Source of the DNA: an uncultured Anaerolineae bacterium
GTDB lineage: Bacteria; Chloroflexota; Anaerolineae; JACIWP01
Assembly (NCBI GenBank): GCA_938049385.1
Contig: CALIBQ010000044.1
Coordinates: forward strand, 1,680-65,679
Length of the DNA stretch: 64,000 nucleotides
Reading direction: 5' to 3'
Shown here: one piece after another, positions 1 through 10,037 of the stretch
Numbering within the stretch: position 1 is the first letter of the stretch
How the letters are laid out: every line of letters begins with the position of its first letter
The notes under the pieces: model-generated
Database searches by the model: none
Seen by the model: only the letters and a program-made list of their open reading frames with translations
What the model was told of the DNA's origin: nothing
Translations under genes and position numbers: made by a program

Positions 1-915
1 GTGCCGGTCCTGCTGGAAGAGCTGGGCATGGGGGATTTGCTGGTGAAGAAGCTGGGTCTGCCGGCGCGCGAGGCCGATTTGAGCGCTTGGCGGGCACTGG
101 TCGAGGAAATCAAGCGCCCCAAGCCGCCGGTCGAGATCGGCCTGGTGGGGAAGTATGTCCAGCTTCAGGATGCTTATATCAGCGTGCGGGAGGCGTTGAA
201 ACATGCCGGCGTCGCCCTAAATCGCGACGTCAGGATTCGCTGGATCGATTCGGAGCAACTGGAGCGCCGGCGCGACCTGAGCCTGCTGGAAGGTCTGGAC
301 GGTATCGTGGTTCCCGGCGGCTTCGGCTACCGCGGCATCGAGGGCAAGATCATGGCCGCCCGCTACGCGCGCCAGAACAAAATCCCCTACCTCGGCCTCT
401 GCCTCGGCATGCAGGTCATGGTGATCGAGCTGGCACGCCATGTCGTCGGCAATGACCTGCCCAACAGCACCGAGTTCGACGTCTCTACCCCGTACCCGGT
501 CATTGACCTGATGGCGGACCAACGCGACCTTGCCGAGATGGGCGGTACCATGCGGCTGGGGGTGTATCCCTGCTATCTCAAGCCCGGGACGAAGGCTGCG
601 GAGGCCTACGGCAACGTGGAAGTCGTCATGGAGCGCCACCGTCACCGCTTTGAGCTGAACAATGCCTTCCGCGATATGCTCAGCAAGGGCGGGATGGTCT
701 TTTCGGGCATGTCCCCCGGGGATAAGTTGGTGGAGATCGCCGAGCTGGCCGACCACCCCTGGATGGTGGGCAGTCAGTTCCATCCGGAGTTCAAGTCACG
801 TCCCAACCGCCCGCACCCGCTGTTTGTGGGGTTCATCCGGGCAGCTATCCGCTATCGGGAACAGCGTCTGGGGCAGGTGGAATCGGCGCCGGCCGCTTCC
901 CAGCCGGCCTCCTGA
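1..915 (+). CDS. pyrG: CTP synthase, C-terminal glutamine amidotransferase part (5' truncated by the window edge)
   Basis: VGKYV..DAY.S, VPGGFG.RG.EGKI, GLCLGMQ (catalytic Cys), ERHRHRFE, QFHPEF.S. Confidence 0.97.
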   Translation: MPVLLEELGMGDLLVKKLGLPAREADLSAWRALVEEIKRPKPPVEIGLVGKYVQLQDAYISVREALKHAGVALNRDVRIRWIDSEQLERRRDLSLLEGLDGIVVPGGFGYRGIEGKIMAARYARQNKIPYLGLCLGMQVMVIELARHVVGNDLPNSTEFDVSTPYPVIDLMADQRDLAEMGGTMRLGVYPCYLKPGTKAAEAYGNVEVVMERHRHRFELNNAFRDMLSKGGMVFSGMSPGDKLVEIAELADHPWMVGSQFHPEFKSRPNRPHPLFVGFIRAAIRYREQRLGQVESAPAASQPAS

Positions 916-951
916 CAGCCTTGGCACACCAGATGACAGCGGTTCAAGACA

Positions 952-1005
952 CCCCATCCCCTGCACCTCTTCCCCGCATGCGGGGAAGAGGCCAGAGGTA
1001 GGGGC
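952..1005. repeat. REP-like GC palindrome downstream of pyrG
   Basis: CCTCTTCCCCGC-AT-GCGGGGAAGAGG hairpin preceded by CCCCATCCCC; a looser relative starts near 54567. Confidence 0.5.
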
Positions 1006-1046
1006 TTCGGCTCCTTATGCGGCATGTTCTACACATTTGCCACAAC

Positions 1047-1242
1047 GGGTGACAGTCCTCGGCAAGGGGACTCAAGGCTTTTCAATGTTCTAACAAACAG
1101 CAGTTGAAACTGCACCAACGACCGCGAAATCGGCCGGCGCCGACTGATATGGCCCACGCAGGTGGGCTTCGCCACTGTAGCCGCGACTTCCAGTCGCCCA
1201 GAATGTTATAGCATTGAAAAGCCCTGAAGGGGACTGTCACCC
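1047..1242. mobile_element. MITE/REPIN-like non-autonomous element with nested inverted repeats
   Basis: GGGTGACAGTCC (1047-1058) / GGACTGTCACCC (1231-1242) perfect IR; GGCTTTTCAATGTTCTAACA (1076-1095) / TGTTATAGCATTGAAAAGCC (1204-1223) IR with 2 mismatches; core related to the repeats at 6447, 48001 and 59937. Confidence 0.6.
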
Positions 1243-1247
1243 AGCTC

Positions 1248-3140
1248 TCACCCATAAAACCCTGGCCCGTAGAGCATCATCGTCAGCAGGGCGTCGGTCA
1301 GCACGAAGATGAAGAATCCAACGAAGAGCCGCGGCGGCTGTGCCTTGCGGATGTACTGCCGCAGTGCCAGCAGTGCCAGCGCCAGGATGAGTGCCGGCAG
1401 TCCGAAATCCAGCGTCCAGCGCAGGCCTGCCGGCAGAAGCTCCCGGAAGGGTGGGAAGGACAGCAGGGCGGAGAAGATCAGCAGTTTGCCGGCATAATAC
1501 AGCAGGCCGGCGATCCCCAGGACGATGCGCGGCCCCCGCTCCGTCAAATCCTCCTGACTGCCGAAAATGTGATATCCCACCACCACTGCCAGCGGGAAGA
1601 CCAGCACCACCAGGAGGAAGGGCAGAAATGTGGTCAGGCCGGCCAGCATCCCCCACCCGAAGACCATCACACCCAACAGGATGTCCTCTCGGGTTGGCCG
1701 GCGGATGGCCTCTTTCAACGCCGGCGCTGTGGTAGCAATATACACGTCATATTGGCCCTGTCCGCGCGTATCCGGCCATGCCAGGTAGAGATGGCCGGCA
1801 CTGTCCCGGGCCGGCGATGGGTTCCAGGATAGGCTGCCCGTGCGCGCCACCTGCTGATAGGCCAACGGTTCGCCGTCAGCAAGGATGGCCACCGCCGGCT
1901 GTAGCTCATCGTTGAGGCGGTACTCCGTCATGACACTGCAGAAGACAAGCTGAAGCTCCGCCGGCATGCTCAGCGGCGCTGGATAGGCCACGAACTGGCT
2001 TCCGCCCTCGCCGGTGGAAAGGGGCACCAGCGCCGAGATGTCAGGGAACGCCGCTTCCGCCGGCATGCCGCCGCGGCTGATCTTCCCCGCGCCGCGCCAC
2101 TGTCCAAGCTGAGCGCTCATCGGCACATACGCCAGGGCCTCTGTATCCGGCAGGGATAACGTGCGGGGCTGTTGGGGGGCAGGCCGGCCCTTGGGGAAGG
2201 AGGCGAAAAAGGTGCTGGCGGAACCCTGCTCCATGCCGGCGCGGTATTCCACGCTCCAGTACACGTACACATGTCCGTCGTCGAACCCCAGGCGCGGCGC
2301 GGTGAAGAGGGCTCCCGTGCCGGCGTACAGCCGGCTCAGCTCCACCGGCCGGGGTTCGGCGGCGAAAGGATATTCCAGCCAGGCATAATAGAGGCGGCGG
2401 TCCTGGGGGCGCGGCTCGGTGATCCAGGCAAGATGCGCGCCGGCCCCCGGCTCTACGGCCAGCGCCGGCTCCTTCCCATCGCCGGCCAGCAGGCGAGGAC
2501 TGCCCTGCGGCGCGCCGCTCCCATCAAGCCGCTGGAAGAATATGCCCGCCGGCGTTTCGCCGGCCTCCCAGACCGTCCAGAATCCGCCGGCACCGTCCGG
2601 CGCCAGGGCATAATGCCGGAGGTTGTGATCCCTCGGCGTGATGGGTTCGGGTTCGGCGCCAAGCCGGCCGCTCTTCTCCAGCACCGCATGGTACAGGCGT
2701 GCGTTTTGACCAGAGCCTTCGCTGGCCAAGAAAAAGACATGCAGTGCGTTCCCTTCCAGAAATAGGCTGTAGCTCTTGGGGAAAAAGAGCGACAGCTCGA
2801 TGAGCTGGTCCACCGCCGGCTGACGGCTGTTCCGCAACTGCAGGTAATGCAAAGCCAGGCCGTCAGCGCCGGCCTCCGGCCACACCAGGTGGACGGCGGA
2901 GCCATCCTCTTCCACGGCGATGGCGATCGGCTCGTGCTGGCTGGCATTGCCCACCCGCAGGGCCGGGCTCCAGTCCCGGGAGATGAGCGGGGTCTTCACC
3001 GGCCGCATCTCACAACCGGCGAGCAGTATCATGACAATGCTCACTGTGAGCAAAATCAGCCCGCGGCGGAGCCGCGGGAAGGCCCAATGCTTCCGATATG
3101 ACATCCCATCCCCCCATTGGGGAAGCGCTGGCTTCCTCAT
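1248..3140 (-). CDS. Predicted lipoprotein with beta-rich extracellular region and C-terminal multi-pass membrane domain (hypothetical)
   Basis: Lipobox LLAG|C after a hydrophobic stretch; repeated 'HLVW/HLAW/YLAW' beta motifs; about 5 C-terminal TM helices; start 3140 (ATGA overlap with murE stop) or 3104. Confidence 0.7.
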   Translation of the reverse strand: MRKPALPQWGDGMSYRKHWAFPRLRRGLILLTVSIVMILLAGCEMRPVKTPLISRDWSPALRVGNASQHEPIAIAVEEDGSAVHLVWPEAGADGLALHYLQLRNSRQPAVDQLIELSLFFPKSYSLFLEGNALHVFFLASEGSGQNARLYHAVLEKSGRLGAEPEPITPRDHNLRHYALAPDGAGGFWTVWEAGETPAGIFFQRLDGSGAPQGSPRLLAGDGKEPALAVEPGAGAHLAWITEPRPQDRRLYYAWLEYPFAAEPRPVELSRLYAGTGALFTAPRLGFDDGHVYVYWSVEYRAGMEQGSASTFFASFPKGRPAPQQPRTLSLPDTEALAYVPMSAQLGQWRGAGKISRGGMPAEAAFPDISALVPLSTGEGGSQFVAYPAPLSMPAELQLVFCSVMTEYRLNDELQPAVAILADGEPLAYQQVARTGSLSWNPSPARDSAGHLYLAWPDTRGQGQYDVYIATTAPALKEAIRRPTREDILLGVMVFGWGMLAGLTTFLPFLLVVLVFPLAVVVGYHIFGSQEDLTERGPRIVLGIAGLLYYAGKLLIFSALLSFPPFRELLPAGLRWTLDFGLPALILALALLALRQYIRKAQPPRLFVGFFIFVLTDALLTMMLYGPGFYG

Positions 3141-4675
3141 GAACTGCCGGCGAAGCCCAGTTCCCGCAGCGCGCGCTCCACCGCCTCGTGGTCGCTCCAA
3201 GGGTATTCCACAGTGCCGATGCACAGGGAGCGCTCGTGCCCTTTGCCGGTGATAAGCACCAGGTCTCCTGGTTCGGCCAGGCGGATAGCGGTGCGGATAG
3301 CCTCGGCGCGGTCGTGGATTTCCAGCAGGCTGTCATCGAGGGGCCGGCCGCTTTCCCGATAGCCGGCGATGATCTGGGCGTTGATCGCACGGAGGTCTTC
3401 CGTGCGGGGGTCCTCGGCGGTCAGGATGACCCGGTCGGCCAGTTCGGCGGCGATGCGTCCCATCATGGGGCGTTTCTGGACGTCGCGCAAGCCGGCGCAT
3501 CCGAACACCACGGTCAGCCGGCCGTGGGTCATTCCCCGGGCGGTCGTCAGCGCTTTCTGCAGGGCGTTGGGCGTGTGCGCGAAGTCAATGATGACGGTGA
3601 AAGGCTGACCTCGGTCAATGCGCTCCATACGTCCGGTCAGGCCGGCCATGCCGGCGATGCCGGCCTGCACATGCGCCGGCGCGATGCCCTGCGCCAGGGC
3701 GGCGGCGATGGCCGCCAGCAGGTTGTGGACGTTGTATTCCCCGACCAGCGGGGAATGTACGTCGAAGTGCCCGAAAGGCGTGCGGGCGCGAAAGCGGATG
3801 CCGGCCTCGGTGCACTTCACATCCTCTGCCCGGATGTCTGCGCCGGCCCGCCGGCCGTAGGTGATGACCATATCGGCCGGGATGCGGGAAAGGCCGGCGA
3901 AGGGTCCTTCATCATCGGCATTGAGCACGGAGATTTTGGGGATGCCCGGCTTGCGCACGCTCTGCGACAGGTCCCAGAACAGCCGCGCTTTGGCCTCGAA
4001 ATAGGCCTCGTATGTGCCGTGATAATCCAGGTGTTCGTGGGTGATGTTGGTGACGACGGCCGTGTCAAAGGCGCAGGCCGCCGCGCGGTACTGCGCCAAC
4101 CCGTGGGAGGTCACCTCCAGCACAGCGGCCTGGGCGCCGGCATCCACCATCTCTCGCAGGTACCGCTGTACCGCCGGCGCATCCGGGGTAGTGGTGTGCA
4201 GGCCGGTATCGTAGATCCGGCCGGCGATATCGGCGTAGATGGTGCTGATCATGCCGGCGTTCCAGCCGGCGGCGCGCAGGATGTGATAAATCAGGTTGGT
4301 GGTCGTGGTCTTGCCGTCCGTCCCTGTCACACCAATAACGCGCAGGCGGTGCGCAGGGAAGTCATAGAACGCCGCGGCCAACCAGGCCAGCGCCCGACGC
4401 GCATCGCGCACCTGAAGATAGGGCATGCCCGCCGGCAGTTCCAGCTCCGCACGGCTTCTCTCGCCGGCGACCGCGCCGGCTCCGCAGGCGAGCGCCTGGG
4501 GGATGAAGCGATGGCCGTCCACGGTCAGGCCCGGTACGGCGACGAAAAGGAAGCCGGCGCTCACCTGGCGGGAATTATCGGTCACTCCGCTGATAGATGC
4601 ATCTTCCCAGGCGCCGCTGAGGTCAAGCAGTTCGCCGGCCGGCAAGCCGTGCACCACTGCGGAAAGGGCTTTCAT
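3137..4675 (-). CDS. murE: UDP-N-acetylmuramoyl-dipeptide--amino acid ligase MurE
   Basis: GVTGTDGKTTT P-loop, TTPDA, LEVTSHGL, TNITHEHLDYH, GRME, DFAHTP, EDPR, GKGHE. Confidence 0.93.
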   Translation of the reverse strand: MKALSAVVHGLPAGELLDLSGAWEDASISGVTDNSRQVSAGFLFVAVPGLTVDGHRFIPQALACGAGAVAGERSRAELELPAGMPYLQVRDARRALAWLAAAFYDFPAHRLRVIGVTGTDGKTTTTNLIYHILRAAGWNAGMISTIYADIAGRIYDTGLHTTTPDAPAVQRYLREMVDAGAQAAVLEVTSHGLAQYRAAACAFDTAVVTNITHEHLDYHGTYEAYFEAKARLFWDLSQSVRKPGIPKISVLNADDEGPFAGLSRIPADMVITYGRRAGADIRAEDVKCTEAGIRFRARTPFGHFDVHSPLVGEYNVHNLLAAIAAALAQGIAPAHVQAGIAGMAGLTGRMERIDRGQPFTVIIDFAHTPNALQKALTTARGMTHGRLTVVFGCAGLRDVQKRPMMGRIAAELADRVILTAEDPRTEDLRAINAQIIAGYRESGRPLDDSLLEIHDRAEAIRTAIRLAEPGDLVLITGKGHERSLCIGTVEYPWSDHEAVERALRELGFAGSS

Positions 4676-4708
4676 ATGGTATCCGACAATCCTCCGGAAA
4701 GCGAGGGT

Positions 4709-6337
4709 TTATTTCGGCCGGCGTAATCCCAGCAGTTCATAGGCCAGGATACGGGTTTGCCGGCCGCGCAGAGTTACGGACTGGACCGAACGCACATCCA
4801 CCATATCCTTGACCCGCTCATACACCGCATGGCTCACCAGGATCTGCCCCGGTTCGGCGACCTCTTGCAGTCGGTCCGCCACGTTGACGCAGTCCCCTAC
4901 CGCGGTGAAGTCCATGCGCTCCTCCGTCCCGATATGGCCCACGATGGCCTCGCCGACCGTAATCCCGATGCCGAACTGCAGTCGGAAAGGCTCGGGGAAC
5001 GTTTCCCAATTGCGGCGCACGTTCTCCTGGATCGCCAGCGCCGCTCGCAGTGCCCGCATGAGGTGATCGGGCTGGCGCACCGGGGCATTGAAGAAGGCCA
5101 GGATGGCGTCGCCCAGGAACTTATCCAGCGTCCCCTCTTCGGCGAAGATGGCATTTACCGCCAGGCCCAGGTAGCGGTTGAGGATGTGCACCATCTCTTC
5201 GGGGGCCGTCTGTTCCGCCAGCGCCGAGAAGCCGCGCAGGTCGGCGAAGAGCACGCTGATCTCCTGACGCTCCCCACCCAGTGTCAGGGCACTCGCCGGC
5301 ATGGCGGCCAGCTTCTGGGCAACCGAAGGGCTTAAGTAGCGCTGGAGCATGGCCTGTAACTGCTCCCGCGCCCGGGCTTCCCGCTCCCTGTCTTGCTGGA
5401 GCAGGGTCTCCAGCGTCTGGTCCTCGATGGCCAGCACAATGCCGCCGCCCGTGGCGCCGCGCAGGCGGGAAAGGGTGAGCTTGAAATGTACCTGCCCGCG
5501 CCCGGGCAGATGGGCGGAGAAGGGCAGAGTGATGACATCCTTTTCCCCGCGCACGATCTGCAGGAGCGCATCGGGGATAGGCTCGATCACCAGCCAGGGG
5601 AGCGCTTCTTCCAGCGGTTTATCCAGCAGTGCTTCGCGCGGCTGGCCGAGTAGGTGGGAAGCGGCGCGGTTGACCATGGTGATGCGGCCATGCGGCCCGA
5701 CCGTGACGACACCGCTGGCAATGCTGGCAAAGATGTTGTCCATGAGGCTTTTGAGCCGGCTGGTCTCCTCCAGGTTACTCTGCAGGCGGCTGAACAAGCG
5801 CGCATTCTCAATGGCTACTGCCGCCAGGTTGGCGAAGGAGGTCAGAAAGTCCAGGTCCTCGTGGGAGAAGGCGCCGGCCTTCAGGCGGTTATCAATATAA
5901 ATGGCGCCGGTCACCTGCCCCTTGAGTTTGAGCGGCACGCAGAGGATGGAGCGCAGGTGATAGTCCAGGATGCTCTGATAAGCCTGAAAGCGCTCGTCCT
6001 CCTCTGCGTTCAGCGTCAGCACCGGCTCTCCGGTGCGCGCCACGCGGTTGACCACACTGCGGCTGATCTCGAACTCGGGACCGGCGATGTTCTGACGGTC
6101 CAGGTTGCGGGCGACGGGGAAATTCAACTGCCCGGTCTCCGGGTTGACCAGCATCAGGAACCCCCGCTCCGCCTCCAGCGCCTCGATGACGATGTCCATG
6201 ATCAGCTCCAGCAGTTGATCCAGATGCAGGGTGGAGTTCAGCAGTTCGCTGACGTGCATCAGTGCCCGAAAGTGCCCGCGGGATTTCGCCTGATCCTGTG
6301 GTGCCTCGAACCGTGCTGGAGAGTGCTCCCTGCTCAT
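4709..6337 (-). CDS. GAF-PAS class III adenylate cyclase
   Basis: GAF (RSILCVPL..GAIYIDNR..AIENARL), PAS, cyclase motifs FADLRGFS, DKFLGDA (ATP-selecting Lys), DFTAVGDCVNVADRL. Confidence 0.9.
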   Translation of the reverse strand: MSREHSPARFEAPQDQAKSRGHFRALMHVSELLNSTLHLDQLLELIMDIVIEALEAERGFLMLVNPETGQLNFPVARNLDRQNIAGPEFEISRSVVNRVARTGEPVLTLNAEEDERFQAYQSILDYHLRSILCVPLKLKGQVTGAIYIDNRLKAGAFSHEDLDFLTSFANLAAVAIENARLFSRLQSNLEETSRLKSLMDNIFASIASGVVTVGPHGRITMVNRAASHLLGQPREALLDKPLEEALPWLVIEPIPDALLQIVRGEKDVITLPFSAHLPGRGQVHFKLTLSRLRGATGGGIVLAIEDQTLETLLQQDREREARAREQLQAMLQRYLSPSVAQKLAAMPASALTLGGERQEISVLFADLRGFSALAEQTAPEEMVHILNRYLGLAVNAIFAEEGTLDKFLGDAILAFFNAPVRQPDHLMRALRAALAIQENVRRNWETFPEPFRLQFGIGITVGEAIVGHIGTEERMDFTAVGDCVNVADRLQEVAEPGQILVSHAVYERVKDMVDVRSVQSVTLRGRQTRILAYELLGLRRPK

Positions 6338-6406
6338 GGTATATCCCCGTTGCGCAGTGTAGAGCGGCGCCGCCGGCGCCGGCCCACCCTTGTTCCGCGT
6401 GCAGTC

Positions 6407-6435
6407 ATTATACGCTGATTACTGGGGGCCGGCAA
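6407..6435 (-). promoter_or_regulatory. Sigma70-type promoter for the cyclase-murE-lipoprotein unit
   Basis: TTGCCG-17 bp-TATAAT on the minus strand. Confidence 0.6.
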
Positions 6436-6446
6436 TCCGAAGGGAT

Positions 6447-6596
6447 GAGGGTGTGGAAAGGGTCAAGATTGTCTTTCGATTTGCGGGTATTGGCTCATCG
6501 CCTGGCGGTTGAAACCGCGGGCCGGCGCCGACTTCGCGAAGCCTGCCTGCGCAGGCAGGCTTCGCAGTCGTTGCCGCGGCTTCAGCCGCCAGGCCG
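6447..6596 (+). repeat. Dispersed palindromic repeat (REPIN/MITE-like), copy A
   Basis: Closely matches 59937-60074; perfect 30-bp palindrome GCGAAGCCTGCCTGCGCAGGCAGGCTTCGC (6536-6565) inside an imperfect IR (6501-6520 / 6574-6593). Confidence 0.85.
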
Positions 6597-6610
6597 CGGT
6601 TTGGAAGCGG

Positions 6611-7150
6611 CTACTCCCACAGCCGGCGCGCCAACTGCCGCGGCAGTTCATCCCGGTTGTCCTCGGTGACGCCGACCAGAATGGTGGAGGTGTGTCCCAA
6701 GCCGGCCAGCCGTTCCCGCAGTGCCTCCACCAGCTCCGGCCGCACAACGATGAGCACGGCGGCTCCCGGAAAATCGCCCAGTATAGTAAGAAGGGGGGCA
6801 AAGCCCTCGCCGCGCAGGAGTTCCAGCGGGCCAATTTCATCAATGATGACCAGATCATCGCCGGCGCGCAGGGCTTCCTCCACCAGCCGGATGCCCCACC
6901 GCAGGACCGACTCATCCATAGCGAAGGGTCCGACCCGCATACCGGTGTCTGCCTCGGTGCTGTACTGCAGGCGCATTTCGCCCGTATGCAGGTCCTGGAG
7001 ATAGGCACCGGTTTTTTCGCCCTGGGGGTTGAACACCGCCGGGGAAATGAACCCGCCGATGCGTTTGCCCCGCCGGCGGCCCTCTTCGGCCAAGCCCTGG
7101 CAGACGGTGCTCTTCCCCACCCGACGCGCGCCGGTCAGCAGGATGATCAC
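6611..7150 (-). CDS. P-loop NTPase (THEP1/NTPase_1/DUF2478-like)
   Basis: IILLTGARRVGKST Walker A, LVIIDEIGPLEL Walker B; GTG start overlapping the upstream stop (GTGA). Confidence 0.85.
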   Translation of the reverse strand: MIILLTGARRVGKSTVCQGLAEEGRRRGKRIGGFISPAVFNPQGEKTGAYLQDLHTGEMRLQYSTEADTGMRVGPFAMDESVLRWGIRLVEEALRAGDDLVIIDEIGPLELLRGEGFAPLLTILGDFPGAAVLIVVRPELVEALRERLAGLGHTSTILVGVTEDNRDELPRQLARRLWE

Positions 7151-8268
7151 GGCAGGCGCACCAGCCCTTCGAGGAAACAGAGGAGCAGGCCGGTCATGAT
7201 GCGTGCTTTGCTCGATTGGCCGTTCAGCCAGCCGGCGAACAGCTCCGTAGCGCGGCGGTTGCGCACGCCGTAGCGGTAGCAGGCCCAGGGATGCTCGTAA
7301 AAGAGGCGCGCCAGCAGGAGAATGGGGTGGAGGCGGGAGCGGGCGTAGCGCGCCACGGCGCGCGAATAGGCCGGCACCTTGCCCTGGACGATAGCCTTCG
7401 CCGCCAGCCGGGCGCTGAAAACGGCATGACGGATGCCCTCGCCGCTCAGGGGGTCCACCAGGCCGGCGGCATCGCCGGCCAGCATACACCTTGTGGTGCC
7501 GAGCGGTTCCGGCCCGCGATACACTGGCAGGGTATGACCGTGCCAGGGCGTGTTCTCCAGCTCTAGGCCGAACTTGCGCATCTCGCGAAGGAGCACCGCT
7601 CGCAGTTCACTGCCTTTGCCGCGAAGCTGGCCGATGCCAACGGAAAGATGGTCGCCCTTAGGGAAAATCCAGAGGTAGCCGTTGCGCAGGGCGCCGAACT
7701 CGAATAGAGCGGAATCGGCGAAGCGCTCCATCACCGCCGGCGCCGGCGTGTGCTCCACCTCCACCGCGCCCACCAGCTCTCTCTGCCGGCGCAGGCCGAG
7801 CTGATGGGCCAGGCGCGAGTGGGCGCCGTCCGCGGCGATGAGATAATCGGCGTGGAGGATGTCTCCGCCGGCCGTGCGCACCCGCACCCCATCGGCCGTT
7901 TCCTGCACCTCCTCGACGGTCATGCCGTCCCGTACCTCAGCCTGGGCGTGCTGGAGGATGTGCCAGTCGAAGCGGTCGCGCATAACCATGCAGATGGGCC
8001 GGCCGGCCAGCGGCCACCGCACCGCCTGTTCGCCCCGCCAGGAGTAGATCACGTAGGAGGGCCGGCGCTCTATGACTGGGTCAAAGGAAAAGGGGAACAG
8101 GCGGAAGACCGCCGCGGGGACCGCGCCGCCGCAGGGCTTATAGCGCGGCAAGCGGTCTTTTTCGAGGACCAAGACGCGGGCGCCGGCCTCTCCCAAGAAA
8201 TAGGCGGCGGAACTGCCGGCGGCGCCGGCGCCGGCGATGATTACGTCCCAGTGCAAGGTTCTCACCAT
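7147..8268 (-). CDS. Geranylgeranyl reductase family FAD oxidoreductase
   Basis: DVIIAGAGAAG, PRYKPCGG, GYLWIFPK, GDAAGLVDPLSGEGI. Confidence 0.9.
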   Translation of the reverse strand: MVRTLHWDVIIAGAGAAGSSAAYFLGEAGARVLVLEKDRLPRYKPCGGAVPAAVFRLFPFSFDPVIERRPSYVIYSWRGEQAVRWPLAGRPICMVMRDRFDWHILQHAQAEVRDGMTVEEVQETADGVRVRTAGGDILHADYLIAADGAHSRLAHQLGLRRQRELVGAVEVEHTPAPAVMERFADSALFEFGALRNGYLWIFPKGDHLSVGIGQLRGKGSELRAVLLREMRKFGLELENTPWHGHTLPVYRGPEPLGTTRCMLAGDAAGLVDPLSGEGIRHAVFSARLAAKAIVQGKVPAYSRAVARYARSRLHPILLLARLFYEHPWACYRYGVRNRRATELFAGWLNGQSSKARIMTGLLLCFLEGLVRLP

Positions 8269-8302
8269 GTCCAGTGCACCTGGATGCAGTATCTCTCGCT
8301 AG

Positions 8303-9967
8303 CTACATGGTTTCGGGCGCGCTCATGCCCATCATGCGCAGGACGCGTGCCAGCACCAGCTTGGTAGCGGCGACCAGCTTCAGGCGTGCCTTGGTGATGG
8401 CCTCGTCCTCTGGCAGGCTGGAAAGCACCCGGCAGTCGCGGTAGAAGGCATGGAAGGCGCTGGCCAGGTCCATGGCATAGTAGGTCAGATGATGGGGCGC
8501 TAGGCGCGCGGCGGCCAGCTCGATGATCTCTGGCAGTCTCAGCATCTCGCGTATCAGCGCGATCTCCGAGGGGTGCTGGAGCAGGGAGGTATCGCCGGCG
8601 CTGTAGTCCATATCGCCGGCCTTGCGCAGGATGCTGGCGATGCGCGCATGCGCGTACTGGACATAATATACCGGGTTCTCGTTGGACTGCTCTTTAGCTA
8701 GCTCCAGGTCGAAGTCCATCTGACTCTCGGCGGCCCGGGACAGGAGGAAGAAGCGCACTGCATCGGGGCCGACCTCTTCCACCACCTCGCGCAGGGTGAT
8801 GAGGTCGCCCGTGCGCTTGGACAGCCGCACGACCTCTCCGCCGCGCTTGAGCGTCACCAATTGATAGAGCAGGAGCGTCAGGCGGTCCGGGTCCAGCCCC
8901 AGCGCCTGCATCATGATTTTCATGCGCGGCACATGGCCTTGATGGTCGGCCCCCCAGACGTCAATGACCCACTCGAAGCCGCGCACGACGAACTTGTTGT
9001 AATGGTAGGCGATGTCCGAGGCGAAGTAGCCGGGGGTGCCGTCGGAGCGGATAAGCACCTCGTCCTTGTCGCCGCCGAGCTTGGTGGCGGTGAACCAGAC
9101 GGCGCCCTCGCGTTCCTCGACCATGCCGGCGGCCCGCAGGATTTCCATCACCTTCTGGAAGGTATCGTCCTGATAGAGGGAGCGCTCAGAGAACCAGCAG
9201 TCGTAATAGACGCCGATAAGCTCCAAGTCCTGGCGGATGCCGGCCACGGTGCGCTCCAAGGCGATCTCGCCCAACTGCCGGGTGGCCTCCTCGCGCGGCA
9301 TATGGAGGAATGTATCGCCGTACTCCTCGGCCAACTGCCGGCCCAGCTCGATCATGTACTGGCCGAAATAGCCGGCCTCGGGCATGGGTTCGTCAATGCC
9401 CAGCGCCTGGGCATAGCGCACATAGGCGGTGGCGGCGAAGTTGTCGAACTGGGTGCCGCGGTCGTTGATGTAGTACTCGCGGTACACGTCATAGCCGGCG
9501 GCCTGCAGGACGTTGGCCAGTGTGTCGCCGATGACGGCGTTGCGCGCCGAGCCAATATGCAGGGGGCCGGTGGGATTGACGCTGACGAACTCCACCTGCG
9601 TCTTTTTCCCCTTGCCCAGGTCAATGTTGCCGAACGTCTCGCCGGCGGCCAGGATGGTGTCCACCTGGCGGGCGATCCATTCCTGGCTGAGGGTGAAGTT
9701 GATGAAGCCCGGTCGGGCGGGCTGGACCTTCGCCAGCATGGGCGCGGCCGGGAAGTGGGCCGCGATGGTCTCGGCTACCTCCAGGGGGCGCCGGCCGATT
9801 TTGCCGGCCAACTGCAGGGCCAGCGGTGTGGCATAGTCCCCCAAGTTGGCCTGCTTAGGGCGCTCCAGGATGATTTCCGGGAGCTCCAGCTCGGCCGGCA
9901 GGGCGCCGGCGCGCTGAGCGGCTTCCACAGCTTCTTTCAGCAACCGGTTCAGTTCGCGCAGGATCAA
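8303..9967 (-). CDS. argS: Arginine--tRNA ligase
   Basis: VEFVSVNPTGPLHIGS, REYYIND, WGADH.GH, LSKRTG, ENPVYYVQYAHARI, APETM C-terminus. Confidence 0.97.
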   Translation of the reverse strand: MILRELNRLLKEAVEAAQRAGALPAELELPEIILERPKQANLGDYATPLALQLAGKIGRRPLEVAETIAAHFPAAPMLAKVQPARPGFINFTLSQEWIARQVDTILAAGETFGNIDLGKGKKTQVEFVSVNPTGPLHIGSARNAVIGDTLANVLQAAGYDVYREYYINDRGTQFDNFAATAYVRYAQALGIDEPMPEAGYFGQYMIELGRQLAEEYGDTFLHMPREEATRQLGEIALERTVAGIRQDLELIGVYYDCWFSERSLYQDDTFQKVMEILRAAGMVEEREGAVWFTATKLGGDKDEVLIRSDGTPGYFASDIAYHYNKFVVRGFEWVIDVWGADHQGHVPRMKIMMQALGLDPDRLTLLLYQLVTLKRGGEVVRLSKRTGDLITLREVVEEVGPDAVRFFLLSRAAESQMDFDLELAKEQSNENPVYYVQYAHARIASILRKAGDMDYSAGDTSLLQHPSEIALIREMLRLPEIIELAAARLAPHHLTYYAMDLASAFHAFYRDCRVLSSLPEDEAITKARLKLVAATKLVLARVLRMMGMSAPETM

Positions 9968-10037
9968 TGTGGGTCTCCTCCAGCTCTATGTTCTACAGCA
10001 CAGCGCTGATACTGCTGGGCCATCGGCGGCGGGCCGG

